Source of the DNA: Yuukianura sp. NJ FZ-2021
Lineage: Eukaryota
Direction of reading: 5' to 3'
Length of the DNA stretch: 64,000 nucleotides
NCBI GenBank assembly: GCA_046563655.1
Contig: CM102290.1
Location: forward strand, 12,710,001-12,774,000
Position 1 is the first letter of the stretch. Each line of letters starts with the position of its first letter. Positions 24,221-39,376 of this stretch are shown here, piece after piece. Position numbers and translations under genes: made by a program. The notes beneath the pieces were generated by a model that had not been told where the DNA came from, searched no databases, and saw only the letters and a program-made list of their open reading frames with translations.

Positions 24221-27200
24221 ATTAGGTTACGCATTTTCTTAATATTTAGATTTTCGTGGCACGAGATTTTTTAAAAATTCAAAAAGAAATAAACAAAGTT
24301 TGGACTTAAGGTTAGAAGATGGCTGTTAATAGAGTATGAGACATAAATTAGAAATCCAATTGAGAGGGGCAGTGCTATCGGAGAAATAATCTATTCAGAG
24401 AGCAACAAGCTCTCTTACTAAAGGAGAGTTAGTGCATTAAAGTCTCAAATGGGAAAAACAAAGGGATAAACATAGGCCATTCCAATTTATCAGGAAAATA
24501 GTTACATATGTAGAGAGGGACTTTCTCCTGATGGGCCTTTCTCCCTGGGTTAAGGCAATTCCAGCTGGCGCGAAATGGAAATCCAGCAGAGGCGATACAA
24601 TGGACTAATCCATGCATGAACGATTTTAGTTTGACTGATAATGGCCATTACACCCGTCTAATGGAAAATAGAACAACACAGCGCTCTTCTGTGCTACTTC
24701 CGATTTCCGGGACACTCATCCACGGAAACATGTACACCGACGGATCTATGGACAGACACTTTCCCATGTATTCAAAGACGCTGATCTTATCGACGATCAA
24801 TTACTGACCGGCATCACTATGAACCACCAAAAAAATGAAATTTATGAACCGAACACACACGGACGCATATTTGGAGATCTTGGAGAAACTTGGACGGGAA
24901 AATGGACCGATATGCTTTTGTACTCGTACACAGCTCTACAAATAAGCTAAATGGAGATACTCCAGTTTGTGTTCTCATGAACGCACTCTCATATTAATAT
25001 GATATTAATATTATTAATATATTAATATGATGTATACCGGGCTACCACGAGCGGAAAATTGTGGATCGTTTTACGGACAAAGCGTCCTAGAACTACTGTC
25101 AGGACTGTGATCTCTGGGACTGATCTGTAAAATACCGGTCCAGAAGTTTCCGTTCACACTCGTCCAGAACCTGTCGGCAGTCCAATATGGACAAGGGAGA
25201 GAGCGTGGCGCTCCGAGCAGTCTCCAACGCTCTTCAAAATTATTACCTGCCGCTCCACGCCTGGATGAATCCAAAGGAGCACAAGGTTTGACATTCCCTT
25301 CATAACACCTAAATACCAATTCTCATCTTCACTCCAAAATAGCTACACGTTTCTAATCAAATTTTAAGCGAGGAGCAAATCTCATTAAGTGAAGCACATG
25401 TACAGGCTGTTCCACTGTTATTGGACACCCACTTTACTCTTATGCTCTGTTTTTTAAAACTGTAAGGAAACTTTCTCTTGTTGGAAAGCAAAACTAGAGA
25501 GGAGCTGACTCGTCTTCTTCTCTGCCCACCAATCCCGGAGCAGAGAGCGGGAGAAAGTTGAACCGACAAAATACTAATAATCACTCCATATACTTTCTGG
25601 GTTTGTAGCCTGGAGGAGTCATTATTTTTCTATTTTGTTCAAACACAGGCCGAAGTGTCGGACTGGAGCTTATAAGGACTTCTCAGTCAAAGGAAAACTT
25701 ACAAAGAGAAAGACTTTCACACAGAAATCCTAGGGCTAGAACTAAAGCCTCAACTCAACCTAACACTTAAACTAACCAAAACCATTGCCCTCTTCAGATA
25801 GTACCACTTTTGTGTCTGTTTCTAACCAATTCTGACACAATTTTCAAAAAAAAATTCAAAAGCGAATTTTATGCTTAAAACTTGAAAGAAAGTTTTTAAT
25901 GATCTCTTACTAAAATTAATTTCGTGCCAATGCGATTCGTCGAGACAGCTTCAAACAAAATTCTTAAAAACTCAAAAAAAAAAATCTAAAATTCAAAACT
26001 TCTATTGTGAATATGAGTAATAGCACTAAATTTTTGAAAAAATTGTAAAAAGAAGAAACAGTATGGCTTTGTGTTGACTCTGTTTGGACGTCATTTGTTG
26101 AGATGACTTTGAACCATATGATTATAATCCCGGTTAGCTTATGCATTTTAGATTGTTCTCGTGGTACCAAATTTTCTTTTCTTCAAAAATTCATCTTTTC
26201 TCGACTACTTTATATTCACGTTCAAGATAAGTCGGTTAGAATTTTTGGTGGGTTTTGTTGTGGTGGTGGTGGGGCGTCTTGGCTGATTTTACGCTTTGTT
26301 GATTTTTTTCTCCATGAACGAGAACGAATGTTTCTGACATCCTCTTTTCTCCGTCCAACTTTCCGCTTTTCATAGATGTAATCTTCATTTCTAGACAATC
26401 CATGGATGATGATATTACATACCTATTACTTCCATCTACGCTCACAATCCACTTAAGTCTCCAATCCACCTATGTTTACTTCTACAACCTCAACTGCCAT
26501 GGCAACGGTGAGGACCACACGTCAATCTACTGGTTCACGTTTGAGTAACTTCCAGCAATTAGGTTGGGCCGCACTTTATGATACAGTGCTAGATCAAAAT
26601 TTTCAGAAACCTTTCGGAGCAATTGGTTTCGGAGCAATTCATTCGGAGCAAGGGCATGGAACCCGATGTGGTTAGCGAATTGTGGCATTATTAATACAAG
26701 TGCGTTTTTCGAAATTTTTTTCTTATAGAATTTTCGATAAAATTTCAAAATTTACTGAAAATTAGTCGCATAAATAAGATTTAAGCGGTGCGTTTGCAGT
26801 AAGTAGGGTTGTTTGGAAAATAGGTTGAATTGTTGTCTCAAATTCAAATTATTTGAAAATTGATCGAAATGTTCCTAAAAGAATTGAAATTTGGCCAAAA
26901 TTTAGTGTTTTGCCGTACTTAGGTATTTCTGAGGCTAATTCAAGTTCGGCCGAGGAGAAAGTGCGAATGTTGAGCTGATCGAATGAAAAGGAAGAAAGCC
27001 AAATTCAGACAATGGAATTCTTCGCACCGTAACATATGTCAAGGGACGGAGTACTTATGGAATGCAGCATCCCTCCTTCACTGAACATGATGAAATTCCT
27101 AACTAACAGTCCTTATACATTTGATGGAACATCGTATTCGACTCACTGCTCCGCAACTGCTGCGGGGTGTTTGTTGGGAGTCGCTTTGTAACCGAATCAG

Positions 27201-27499
27201 AGTCTCCGCTGGAACGCTCTCGGCGCTCTACAAAGAAATGGCGAGGCACTTAATTGTTCAAACAATGCTGAGGAACGGAGATAAATCCGGTCCGAATCGA
27301 TCCGCAACTGCTGCCAGTATTCTGCACTCGCAGTTAGTTAAGAGCTGCATTCAGTGTGATGCTGGCACCTTACACTACCTTAAGTGTGGGCTTCTCCCGA
27401 GGTGATGATGAATTATGGAGGAGGCGTAAATTGTCTTCTGACTTTCTTAAATTGCCTTTCCGCTGTAACTAACTGGTACGACTAGAACAAGCTTTTACT

Positions 27500-28210
27500 T
27501 CGGATAAAAATATCCCACCAATTATCTCGATTCCAATGGATTATCTTGAAACAGTTGTCGATTCTAAAGTTGACTCGGAAAATATTTTAAATCGAAATGG
27601 ACATATTTATTTAAAAAAATATCTCAATTGAGGTAGGATCAAGGTTCTTTGACAACCAATTTGTATTTCCTACAACAGGTTATTCAATAACTCGCTGTTT
27701 TCAAACATCTTGCTTCAAACAAGTTTTAGTGCCAATCGCATTTACATTATATGCAAAAAAAATTACCCCAAAAAGGCAAATTTGTTACTTTCAAACAAAT
27801 TTTAAAACTTCGAGTTATTGGACAACCTGAGGTAGAAATGTTTTTTTTTGTTTACGAACTTTGGGTGAGATATCTATGAAAATAAATAAATACGTATAAA
27901 ATATTTATGAAAATATATGGATCCGTATAGGATGTCTCGAGAAATATCTCGAGTTTGATATGTTATCTCGAAAAATATTTCCAGTATGAATAGATCATCC
28001 AAAAAAACAAATTCCAATCGCGATGCGTTATCATGGAATATTTTGATTGCGATAAGGTAGTTTGGAAAATATCTCGATTCTAATATGATATTTTGGAAAA
28101 TATCTCGATTCTAATAAGATATTTTGGAAAATATCTTGATTCTGAATCTGATATTTTGGCTTTGGAAATATTTCGAATCAGATTGGCTTGAGGTGTATCA
28201 CGAGAGATGT
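27500..28210. repeat. Degenerate ~30-bp tandem repeat (TTGGAAAATATCTCGATTCTAAT)
   Basis: Clearest units at 28060-28150; interrupted by the MITE at 27640. Confidence 0.75.
27640..27863. mobile_element. CAAGGTT-MITE subfamily A, nested in a degenerate tandem repeat
   Basis: TIRs, subterminal IR; TSD GGTAGGAT/GGTGAGAT. Confidence 0.88.
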
Positions 28211-31076
28211 TTTGGAGAGATGCATGGACCAAAAGCTGCTGATGGAGATCCATCCAAACCACCTTCGCTCAAGATTTCCTTTTCAACAAAAGTACAATTG
28301 AGTGTCTATTTGAACAGAGAGTGACGTTCATTGCCATTCAGGTTGCGGAACAATTTGATTCAAGTTTCCGCGCGTCCATTTTCAAACTTTCCTCAAAAGG
28401 TCCGTCGTAGCTGACAAAATTGAATGTCTTTTGAGCCTCCACTTTTCACTCAGATTGTGGTTCTCGAGTTCACGCCTCGCTTTCTCCAAATCTCCCAAGC
28501 TCACCTTTGAGCCAGGCTTTCAAAAACTGTTTAGAAAATAAAGTTCTGGCTCAATTTTCAAAAAATACACACAAGAAGACTACTCTTTTTTAAATAAAAA
28601 GAGCCTTGTAAAGTTTGTGTCTAGCATGAAGTTGGACATGAACTGACTGTGTGACAAGTGCTTACTTTAGCTTTTCCGTAGATGTGTGAGTTATCACCGC
28701 AGATCTTGAGAAGAGTTTTGTGTGGCCTATGTTATGCATTATGTGTTTTGTTTTTGGAACTTAACCTCTGCAATAGGAAGCTGCAATGTTCCAGGGTCCT
28801 TTGGAGTCCCAGGGAACTTTTCTTGAGGGATCCTCAGAAAGCATGTGGGAATCCTTGTTTCGAGATCAATGTTAGTTTTTCGTAGTCCTGCGGATGTGCC
28901 GTGGAAGAGAAAGCGAAGGCCAAAGTGAAAGTGAGGAAAAGGCAAAGTCTCCACTTTCACTTTCGGGAGGCAGAGGAACGATTCCCGGCTCCAGCGTCAT
29001 TCCGACTTGAGACTTCGATCCGTTCGCTCTCCAGTTTCCAGCAGCAGCTCTTTTCCAAAGCTTCAAATAAAATCCAGACGAGTGGTTTTGTTCCAACTAA
29101 TTCTGTTGTGGAAACGACCGGGAATTTATCAGTTTCTGTTTTCCAATTCCCTTTGAAAAAAAAAAACAACAAGGAAAACGAGCCATACAGTTTCTTCTAG
29201 TACTCAAATCCATTGAAATCCTCCAAAGTGTCAAAAACCAAGTGAGGAAAAGAACAATAAAAATTTCACTTTCATCTACAATCCGAACAGACACAGACGC
29301 ACACCAAATTTTAAAAAAAAAGACAAAAGGACACCAAAAATTACATCCTTCCGTCAAGTGCCTCTGCACCACTTCATTCTCCAAACCACGCGTTCTCCAG
29401 TTTCTACTCAGAACTGACAGTTTCCACAAACTTGTTCAGAACAGAACACTTTTAAAAAACAACAGAAAAACGAAAATTTGTGTTTTTCAAAAAAAGTTTC
29501 CAACCATGGACATGCAAAACAACCATTCCGCCGAAAACGTGTTAAACTGAAATTTCAAACAAAAATTTCGCGTTATCCGCCAACGACCATCGATACAAAG
29601 ACCGGTTTCATCTAAAACCGAAAAAATTGTTGGAAAAAAAAATTCGTCGTCACTACAAAATTCAAAATTCGACGTCAAAAAAACCACCATCGGAGCACGA
29701 TTCTTTTTTTTCAGAAGTCAGAATCAGAAATTTTCAATTGACATTTCTCGACTTCTAAATGATGAGAAAAACGTGCATGACTATACGAGAGGGAACTTGC
29801 GTCTTCCTAAAAGGAAATTTTTGCTGAACAGAGCTCTACATAACGTCAAAATTTTTGAAATTTTGGGCGCCTTTTCAGCATTTTTGGTTCAAACTACGAC
29901 GGGAGTTGACGAGAGCACGAAAAGTTTGAAGTTTGGATTGACAGGAAAAGGAAAGGCGTTGAGCCAGTGACAGGTGAAAGTGAAATTGCGCCCTCAAGAA
30001 GGATTCGTCGTCTTCCTAGAGATATTTTTCGCAGAGATTTTGTTTTTTTGCAGTGATTCTTGTGGAAAAAGAACTTTGTGGAGGATTCTGGTGCTGGTTG
30101 TCGGGGAAAAGCAGAAGAAGACACTTAAACTTTGTTCATCTTTCTTCTTCATACTTCCAGTTCTATGTTAAAACCCTCAGATTTTGGAAGAAAGGAGAGA
30201 AAGTGAAACAAAAGAACTGGCACGCAGTGGAAGAAAATTTTTTGACTTTGTGTCTCTCTCTGTAAAGACGCTTCAGAAAAGCTAATTCTGAATAAAGGCA
30301 GTGGAGGAGAAGAATAAGTTGAAAAATCAGTGGAGTCAAATTTAGTTCAAACCTTTGCCAACATTCGACAAATAGAGAGAGACTTTTTCGGAAGTTTTTC
30401 CTTCCTTAACTGATTTCTTCTTTCAAAATTTTGAAACAAAAAAAAAGTTTGCTCGGCACTTCACAAAAAGAAATCTGGTGAGTTCACTTTTTTAAACTAA
30501 CTTTTCAGGTTAGCTTTTCAGTTGAATTGGTTTATTCGTAAGTTTGACTTTTAGGCTAATTCAAGGAAAAGGTGTTGCTAAACACAAAAAGTTTCACAAA
30601 AACAAAAAAAAGTAGTTCAAAAATTTTTTTCAAATTGGGTAAAAAATTTTTTCAAATGTTTTTAACCTTGTGATAAACAAAACCTGTTTGAGAGAAAACT
30701 CAGCTGTTGGAAGTGTAAATGGCTAAGAAGATGGTGGCGTAGAGGATAGGAGATCCGTTGACGAAATTGGTGGTGTGGGTTCGAGGCCAGCGTGGAACAA
30801 TGGCTGAAGGTGTCAATTTCAATGCACGAGGGAATGGAATTTATATTAGGAGTGTGAAGAACAATGGAGAGTTGGCAGGATAAGCCAAACAATGCTTTCC
30901 GTTCTTTTCAAATCCCATTGGATCAGTTAACTTCGGTGGTTGAACTTGGGATTTCAAATAAACCCGCCTCTTTTTCTCACTTTTCTCAACATACATAACC
31001 TCATACTTTTTTCTACTAACTTAACATACCACTTCAATTTGAGTTTTGAGGTGAAGAGACAACTCTTCGTCCTCAA

Positions 31077-31308
31077 CAAAGGATCGTATACAAAAAAATG
31101 ATTTTTTTTTCTACACCAGATTGTCCAATAACTCGATGTTTTTTTTTATTTTGCTAAAAAATTTGAAAAACTTTTTTCCTATAGTAAGTATTTTCTTGTA
31201 AAGGAATTAGAATTGGAAGAAAAAATTATTTGAACCAAAATTTTTGCAAACTCCGAAATATTGGACAACCTGTTGTAGGAAATAGAATTCGGTTGTCAAG
31301 GAACCTTG
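31077..31308. mobile_element. CAAGGTT-MITE subfamily A (degenerate left end)
   Basis: Right TIR and subterminal IR intact; TSD GTCCTCAA/GTCCTCAG. Confidence 0.85.
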
Positions 31309-34300
31309 GTCCTCAGCAGCACCCCGCCATTTTCCAAAATGCTGAACAGCTTTTTGAAAGGAGCGCGGGACATCGTGCTGGCGGGAAAAACAAGAGTGCT
31401 AACAGGATCAAAATGCGTGGAATAGAAATTAAAGCCTTATAATTAGGGACTTGTGTCCATAAATTCAAATCCTCCCGCCTCCTTTTAATACATGAAAACT
31501 ATCTTCAAGTTTCATTTAACCGTTGCGGATTACAACGCAAAGCCTCCGCTCATCCCGCCATTTTCCAAATCCCTAAATGGAATGGCTCCAATTTCACTCT
31601 CTTCTAAACACACTTTAAACATTGGATTTCACCCAAATGGATTGCAGTTTCAAAATTAACTGTTTCCCACAAAACAAAAAAAAAATTTAAGATTGTTACT
31701 TTGTGGCCGCTCGAAATCAAAATTCCAACATTTGAAATTTCCGGTTGAAAATTCAAAGCCTTAAACTTGTGAACAAAACAACAAATACGGTTTTACCTAT
31801 GCTGTTTTTTTTTCGTAAATTTGAAATGTAGCTGCAACGTCAGAGATTGGAGTCAAGAACTTGAAGTTAAGTTTTTTTAAGACAAAATGCTCAAATTATT
31901 TTTTAATAAAATGTGTTCTAAATTTGATTTGATTTTTTTATTGTTAAAGGATTTAAAAAGAGTTTAGTTGCAAGAAAATGAATTTTATCTGTACGATCTG
32001 TGCTAAGTTCAAATGGCTAATTGCATACAGTTCCACTTGGATCCTTACCGAAAGTGGCATAAAACGAAACAACGGCTTTCGTTTTTTTTAGAAACAAGGA
32101 CATTGACTAGAACATAGTTACTACAAGAGGCCTAATGGCCACACACATGCATTGTTTCTTCCAGAAAGAATGGGACCAGAATTGAAAATAGTTAAGCAGA
32201 CTTTCACTATCCGCTTTCACTCCAGATAACATCTTCCTCCCTTGGCTTCAAAATCCTTTTGTTTTTTATAGTAAGCCTAACATCTTAGAACATACTGCAT
32301 CTTGACCCAAAAAAAACTTGTTTCAAAATGCTCTTTTTTCAAAAACATAACAGAGTGCAAACGTTAACTTCCACATTCCGGGGTTGCTTGGCAACCAAAT
32401 TGAAAGAACTGTTGCCACTACTCCTCCTTATGGAGGAAGATCTTAATGCGGCTGTTGAAATTGTGCCTTCCTTTCACTCTGGCTTGTCTCATTAGTGAAA
32501 GCCGACTCTTATGGGTTCGTTAAGAAGGAACTAATGCTGTAGGCTCTCTTTCTGTGCAAAAGCAGTAGCATTCCTTAAGTAGACGACAAAAGGTAGGATA
32601 ATTGTAGCTTGTCTCGGAATTTCCGTAGCTGAGGCACAAGGCAACAGCATAAACCTGATCTAACAAAGCTCTCCACTTTCTCCGCCCAAGAAACAGAGAG
32701 ATAGTTTTAGAGCTTGGTGAAAGCATACTAAAGTCTTTTCTTTTATTCCAAAGCTTACAGGATCCTGTAGGATCCCTTTTCAATTCCAACTCTGTGCTGT
32801 GTCCTTAATTGAGAGCCCAACTCAAAAATCCAGGAAGTCCGTTCCTAACAAAGTCTCCTAATTTTGAATTAAGAAAATCCTGAGCCAAGAGAAAGCAGAG
32901 AAAGTTTAGAATTTACTACTTTTTTGTTGCAACTTGGCGGCAGGATTCAAACGTCCTTTGAATAGTAAACTAATAGAACCTATTTTCTATGTTCTTTAAC
33001 ATTTGATGTAGAGGATGACGGGGAATTAGGCCATGCGAATCTTCAGAAGATCATTTCCAAGCTTTTCTGCCAAGAATTAGATCTGTCTTTTCAAAAGAAT
33101 TAAGCTTGGTTGAAGATTTGGTACGGACCATAATCTCAACACTAATAACCTCAACATACAAAAATCTAAACACCGTGTTGAACGTTTTCAAGCCTAACTA
33201 ACCCTGCCTAAGCGTTAACCCAAATGGGTTAATCTGGTTGACCTAATCGACATTTCTGTTTTTACAAAATTTGTCTATGCCTTTGTATTTTTGTCAAGTT
33301 TTGAGGTGTTGAGATTATTGTTGGTTTGATTTATGCTTAGCCAATTTGAGTTTAGTGTTTTTGTCGTGTTGAGGCAACTAATGCTTAGGTATTGCCATGT
33401 TAATTATTTTTTTTTACAAAGACTTTCTTAGGTTTTGGTATGTTTAGCTAATTGTTGCTTATGTTTTGACCGGAGGTGGAGCAGTATGAGTAAAAACGAC
33501 GAGGGAGTTGGAGTCTCTTTGAAATTTGTGATCTCCCGCCTTCTTGTTTCGTTTTTCCTCGCCATCTTTTCCATGGTAGATGACACATGAGCGGAAACCA
33601 AAATCCCATATTTCAGAAAACAAGAAAAGATTCCTTTTCCTCTCCATTAATACTCGTATCTCCGTTACTGCACCCAACTCTTATCCTCTGCCTAAACTTT
33701 CTCTGTTCTCAGGATCACCCTATGGTTTACAACAAAGAAAAAGAAAAGTCGTTTTTACTAACTACGAGGAGGGTAGAGCCACCGGGGCGGTGGGTCTGTC
33801 AGAGGATTAAGCAGCACAGAGTAGGGCTGGGTGGAGAGCAATAGAGCGTGGCTTGATTTTATGGGAAAAGAAAGGAAATGCTTTCAAGAGAAAGTCTGTA
33901 CAGATTCTTACTGCACTCTGTCCATTGTGCCGCTTGTTCATCTTCTTCCCCAACCATTGTTCCAAATTAGACCTCTCTCTCCAATCAAGTCACTTTCATC
34001 CATCTTCACTCCCAGGCTGTCACTGGGTCGGGATGGGATGTCACCTAACCTGTTACGGTCCTCAGTCTGATTAACCTCTGACACCTAGACAAATACGGAG
34101 GCTCTAATTAAATTGTAAGGGGACTCGGGGGAACGTAATGGAACACAATAAAGCCAAAACCATCCAGAAGACACTTCTGGACGCAAAGTATTGATTCTGC
34201 GTTTCCTACATGTGCCTACTTTGGCTTCTGTCCATTTCACATTCCTGGACACTTCTGGACGGGAAATTGTGGACAGCAATGCGCTGTTGTCCAAGACAAA

Positions 34301-34414
34301 ATCTAAGAATTTTGATTGATTTCCATCTATAAGAATGTAGGCCATACACGTCCGTCTCAGTCCATAAATGACCGTCCATGAGTGTCCATTTCTGATTCTC
34401 GGATCAGTATGGGC

Positions 34415-34644
34415 CAAGGTTGTTTAAATCGAAACTTTATTTGTTTTTTTTTTCTTAACAGGTTAGACTCTTGTTTTAAATAAACTGTTTGTTGTGATTT
34501 TTATCTGCAAAGTTCACCTCGCGCCATGTAAAGCAAATAGGTTTCGTACAATGTTTTTTTTTTTTTTGCATTTGTTTGAAAAAAAAAGAGTTATGGCGTA
34601 ACCTGTTAAGCGCATTTGGATAAATGGGCGCTATAGCAACCTTG
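34415..34644. mobile_element. CAAGGTT-MITE subfamily B
   Basis: TIRs; end GCGCTATAGCAACCTTG; TSD GTATGGGC/GTATGGAC. Confidence 0.88.
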
Positions 34645-35984
34645 GTATGGACGGCAACCATGTACCACACTCTCAAATGTTCATAGGCTATTGTATTACT
34701 TAACTAAGACGTGACTATGCATGAGAAGACAATGCTTTAGTTCAGTTTCACATTTGACCGTACAGAAGTGTCAGGTTATGTTTATTGTCTTATTTGTCAC
34801 GCTGGCAACACTGTTGACTAAACACGGTTGTAAAGCATTGTTTTCCCATTGAAGTCAATGGGACACAATGGATTGCATTTCTACCCATAAAAGTCTTTTT
34901 GTCCAACAGATTTATCCAACAGGAAGGAAAGTGTTACAGATTTTACAACTGTCCTACAGGAAATATTGGTCTCGAGAGAGTCCATTCCAAACCTAACGCA
35001 ACCAGTACCAATAGGTGAATCTTGTGTGGTCTACGCGTTAATCAAAAATTAAACGCACTCCCGGAACCGCCAATTTCCAAACGAGTTTTAAATCGGTCCA
35101 TTCGGGTTTACTACAAATCCAACAGAACCCAAACCAGGTTAGGCCGCCTCAAACTCAACGTCAGAAATTATGTTCCTTTTTTGAAAATTCTAAAACTTGA
35201 TAAGTTTTTTGATATGCCTGGGAATTTTTTTTGTTAATTGACGATTTTTATGAAGTGCAAACAGAATTCTGTCAATCAAAGGCGCAAAGCAAACAAAAAC
35301 AGAACCTTAATGCGCACCAGACCAAAAGCGTTCCTAATTGTGAAATAAATAATTGACATGTCCATGTTGATTATTACTCGGGTTTTGGACCACTTCGCTG
35401 CTTCTGCTCTGACGAATTACATAAGCCTTTGTACAAACAACTAAACCTCAAGTGGCAACACCGGAAGGTCGTTCAAGTCTCCACTATCGTCCCAGAGGAG
35501 TTGCCAACAGGAAGTTGAAATATTTGGAGGCGTTTAACATAACTTTCTGTTCTGTTACCATTGACAAGCTGGGGGGTGAGCACTTGAAGTCTTCTGAGGC
35601 AGAATGAACCTTTGTCTTTATGCATCAACAATCGTCTCGCCAAAGACTGTTCTGTAAGAATAACATCACAGAATGGCCTTAAAACTTTCTCCGTCACTTG
35701 AATAGCACTGCTGTAGTGTCTCTAGGAGAAAGTAATCCTTACGGAAGCTTCACCGCTCACCCGGTGGCTATTTCCCTTGTAATTGTTTTCATTTGAGCTT
35801 CATAACCTCCTGGATATAAAGAAAGCACTTAAGGCTCTTTCTAATTAACAGGCTTTACTTCGCACGTCATTACTCTCCTCCCTCCAGCTTCTTCTAACTT
35901 CACAACACTTTACATTAACATAATCACACCTACCACTGGCTAAATCTTCGTAAATAACAATAACAGAACTAACAAAAACAAAAC

Positions 35985-36450
35985 ACGATAAAGCCACCTC
36001 GATAAAATCAGGGTATAAGTTGAACACGATAAAGGAACCTCGATAAGATCAAAAACAAATTAGTATATCACTCAAGCGTCATAAAACAATTCCGATAAGA
36101 GAAAGACCAAAATTTTTGTATCGAGGAATCACGATAAAACAATCTCGATAAGATCAAGACCAACGAAACACGACAAAATATCCTAAATAAGATCAGGACC
36201 AAAATCAGGACGTATGTCGAGCACGATAAAGTCGCCTGGATGATAACAATGTCAAAATAACCAGGGTATCAGGTAAATATGATATAACAACCTCGATAAG
36301 ATAAGATAGCATAAGATAAGATAAGGACCACAATCAGGGTGTCGCGTAAACGCGATAAGTCAACGTCCATACAACGTAGAACCAAAATCACGGGATTTGA
36401 GTTGTCCGATAAGGATAATATCGAAAATTTCTTGACCTGGATAAGCTCAC
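35985..36450. repeat. Degenerate CGATAA/CTCGATAAGATCA repeat tract
   Basis: Repeated CACGATAAA and CTCGATAAGAT motifs. Confidence 0.65.
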
Positions 36451-37127
36451 GTGACACAACCCAGTGTCAGTGTGCTTGAACGAAACGTAAAGAATAGCAC
36501 GTTTTTGTACGTGATAGTTTTTAAAGGACCATTTCATTAAAAGGCTTTCCCGCCAAGAAGTTGTAACCCAAATACCCAAACTTAACTAAAAACAAAGGAT
36601 TTATGGAGAAAGCCCAGGGGATGTGAACTTTCTCTCCCCAATGATCTCCCCCTTCAAATGATCCAGGACTTGTAAGAAGGTCTATGCTAATCAGGAGGTT
36701 GGCAAGTGAGAGTGACAGGTTAGGCTATGCCTCAGGCTACACTTTACGTTAGGTTTCTCTCCTTAGGTTTAGACTAGCCTCACATCACACTTTGTTCTAA
36801 AGGTGATGGCGGCTCTGACATAAATCAAAGTCAGCACAGAGCCTCCATTAGTCCCCTACTCACAATCCACTTCCTCCAAAACATTTCTCTTTCACTTATT
36901 TCCTTTCCAATTCCGTTCACTTTCTTTTTAACCCAACAAACACACTCACAGTAGTCGTTCTGTTCTGCTCTTCCGTCTTCACACAGTTCCCCGACTCTTC
37001 TGGACGGTGACATGCGGACCATTGACTTTGCGACTGTCACTTCTAAACTTCCAACTCTTGGGAGTAAGCATTGCTAGCCTAAAATGTCCACAAGTGACTA
37101 TCCGTGAGAATACGGTCCGCCAGTTAC

Positions 37128-37360
37128 CAAGGTTCATAAACAAAAAGAAAACTTTTTCTACACCAGGTTGTCCAAATAACTCCGAGTTTTAGAATTGTTT
37201 GAAAATAGCGAATCTGCCTTTCTATGGTAATTTTTTGCACGTAATATAAATGGGATTGGCGCTAAATTGAAGCTAAAAGTTGTTTGAAGCAACATTTTTG
37301 AAAACCACGAGTTATTGAATAACCTGTTGTAGGAAATACAAATGTCGTCAAGGAACCTTG
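37128..37360. mobile_element. CAAGGTT-MITE subfamily A
   Basis: TIRs; perfect 9-bp TSD GCCAGTTAC. Confidence 0.92.
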
Positions 37361-38194
37361 GCCAGTTACCGTTACAAAAATGTCCGGCAATGGATTCTGG
37401 ACCAGCTCAGGATAGGAACAGTGGAGCTTTAGCTCTGGAGTTCCGGAGGTTTTGTAGCATCTGAAAGCGCAGAGGCCAGACGCTGCTTTTGGTTTTGGTG
37501 GCTTAAGTTGGGTGGTGCTGCCAAAGCCCGTCTTCACTCCTATTTATTTTGTGCTAGATAAAGTGTATTCCGAAGACAAGATATCTCGGTTCCTATTTCC
37601 ATAACCAGATTCTGTTCTGGAAGGCGGCCACTAACCGCAACGGACCGCATCACACACCGTGTGTGCCTTGTCCATTTTTATTTGGCTGGAAGAAGAGAGG
37701 AAGAGTCCGTTTCCAGCTTGGCCCATTATTACATGCTAGGCAGAGCAATAAACGTTCCTTTATAGAAAAAGGAATTGTAAAATATGTCCATTATACTTTC
37801 ACATTTTCTGTGTTCCTGCTGCTTTCTCCTGCCATTCGACTCGGAACAGAGGAGTAACCAGCAGGATTTTGAGCCAAAATGAAAATGATAAAAAGAAGTT
37901 AAGGGCGTTTGCTACTTTCTTTCAGTTTTCTGCATGGTCCAAACACAATTCACGTAAGGAGGATTGGTGGACATGGAACAACTAACTGATTCACAGCCTA
38001 ACATTTCAGCGTCACCATACACTTCTTTTTCACTTTCCTTTAAGGCTATTACTAGTTTTTTGAAAAATAGAAAAGTTTTTGAAAAATTCAGAATTTTTAG
38101 TTAACTTTTATATTTTAAAATTAAATCAAATTAAAACTAAAGATTTTACATTCTATTAACTGTGAGTTGTTTTGGCTAAAAAGTCCATCACAAC

Positions 38195-38462
38195 CAAGGT
38201 TCTTCCACAACGAAAAGTGAATTTTCTTTAACAGGTTGGGTACTACCACGCTTGTTGACAAAAAAAAATGAAAAAACAAATTATTACTAATTGGTACCAA
38301 TCCAAAAAAAAATGATACCAATTCGTATATAAAATTTAGAAAATTCTGCTGTATTATTATGAATACGATGCCATGAAATCAAAAAACACTTTTTGTTGTA
38401 AAATCGGAAAAACATGAGGTATTACCCAACCTGTTAAAGAAAATCGAAGTCAACAAACCTTG
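38195..38462. mobile_element. CAAGGTT-MITE subfamily C
   Basis: TIRs; perfect 8-bp TSD ATCACAAC. Confidence 0.92.
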
Positions 38463-39376
38463 ATCACAACCTTTATACACAAGTTTTTTTTTTGCAGAAA
38501 GTTTTGAGAAAATAATTCAAAAATTAAAAAAATCAAGAATTATTGAACAGTTAGGTTTTCTGTTTCACACTAAAAGCGAATATTGTGGATGCTAACTCCG
38601 AGGCTGGCGACATTTAAATGTCGCCAGTAAATTCTACAATTGTAACATTTTTCAGTAGATTAATGTGTGTGCGACTAGACAGGAGTGACATTTTGCAATA
38701 AGCGAAAAGTCTCACACAACCCAAGATGCTTAGGCAAATACGTGAAATGAAAAAAAATTTGAACGCCATTTTTTGTTCAAGTGGAGCTTCAGCTGCTTAG
38801 TTGAAAAGAATAATACTCGTGGCTTTAAATTGAACTTGAAAATGGCAGCGGTAGGCTGTTCTCGCGCGAAAAGTGATCTATCACTTCATGCAAAACGCAA
38901 CTTTTTAGCATTTAAGTAAAGAATTTGAGTTTGGCGAAACTAGTTTTAAAAAAAAAGTCGGCATGTAGAAGGAATTTATTTCAAAGTTTAAACTAATTCT
39001 GACCTATTTTTCTAAGAGTAAATTTTTAATATGAATTAATAAATTAGGGTTAGAGAGCTTTTGTTCCTATTTAATTAAAACCAACATTGTGGAGCAGAAA
39101 AGGAGGTCAGTAAAATTTCCTTTGAAGAATGGAAATTCCTAACTGAATTTTCTTCAAAATGATCCAAAGTGAGACATAGACATTTCTCAGCAGTGAAACA
39201 GAAATTGACAAGCCAGGCGCCGCACCGCAAGACATCCAAGATCTACAACCGCTTTTCTATTAAAAGCATAATCTCCAGTTTCATTTTTCAAAAAACGCCG
39301 ACCGAAATAGAAATTTTATTCGAAAGTGCATTTTCTATTAATAACTTTGAAAAGTTCTAAAAGTTTACATCCAGCC

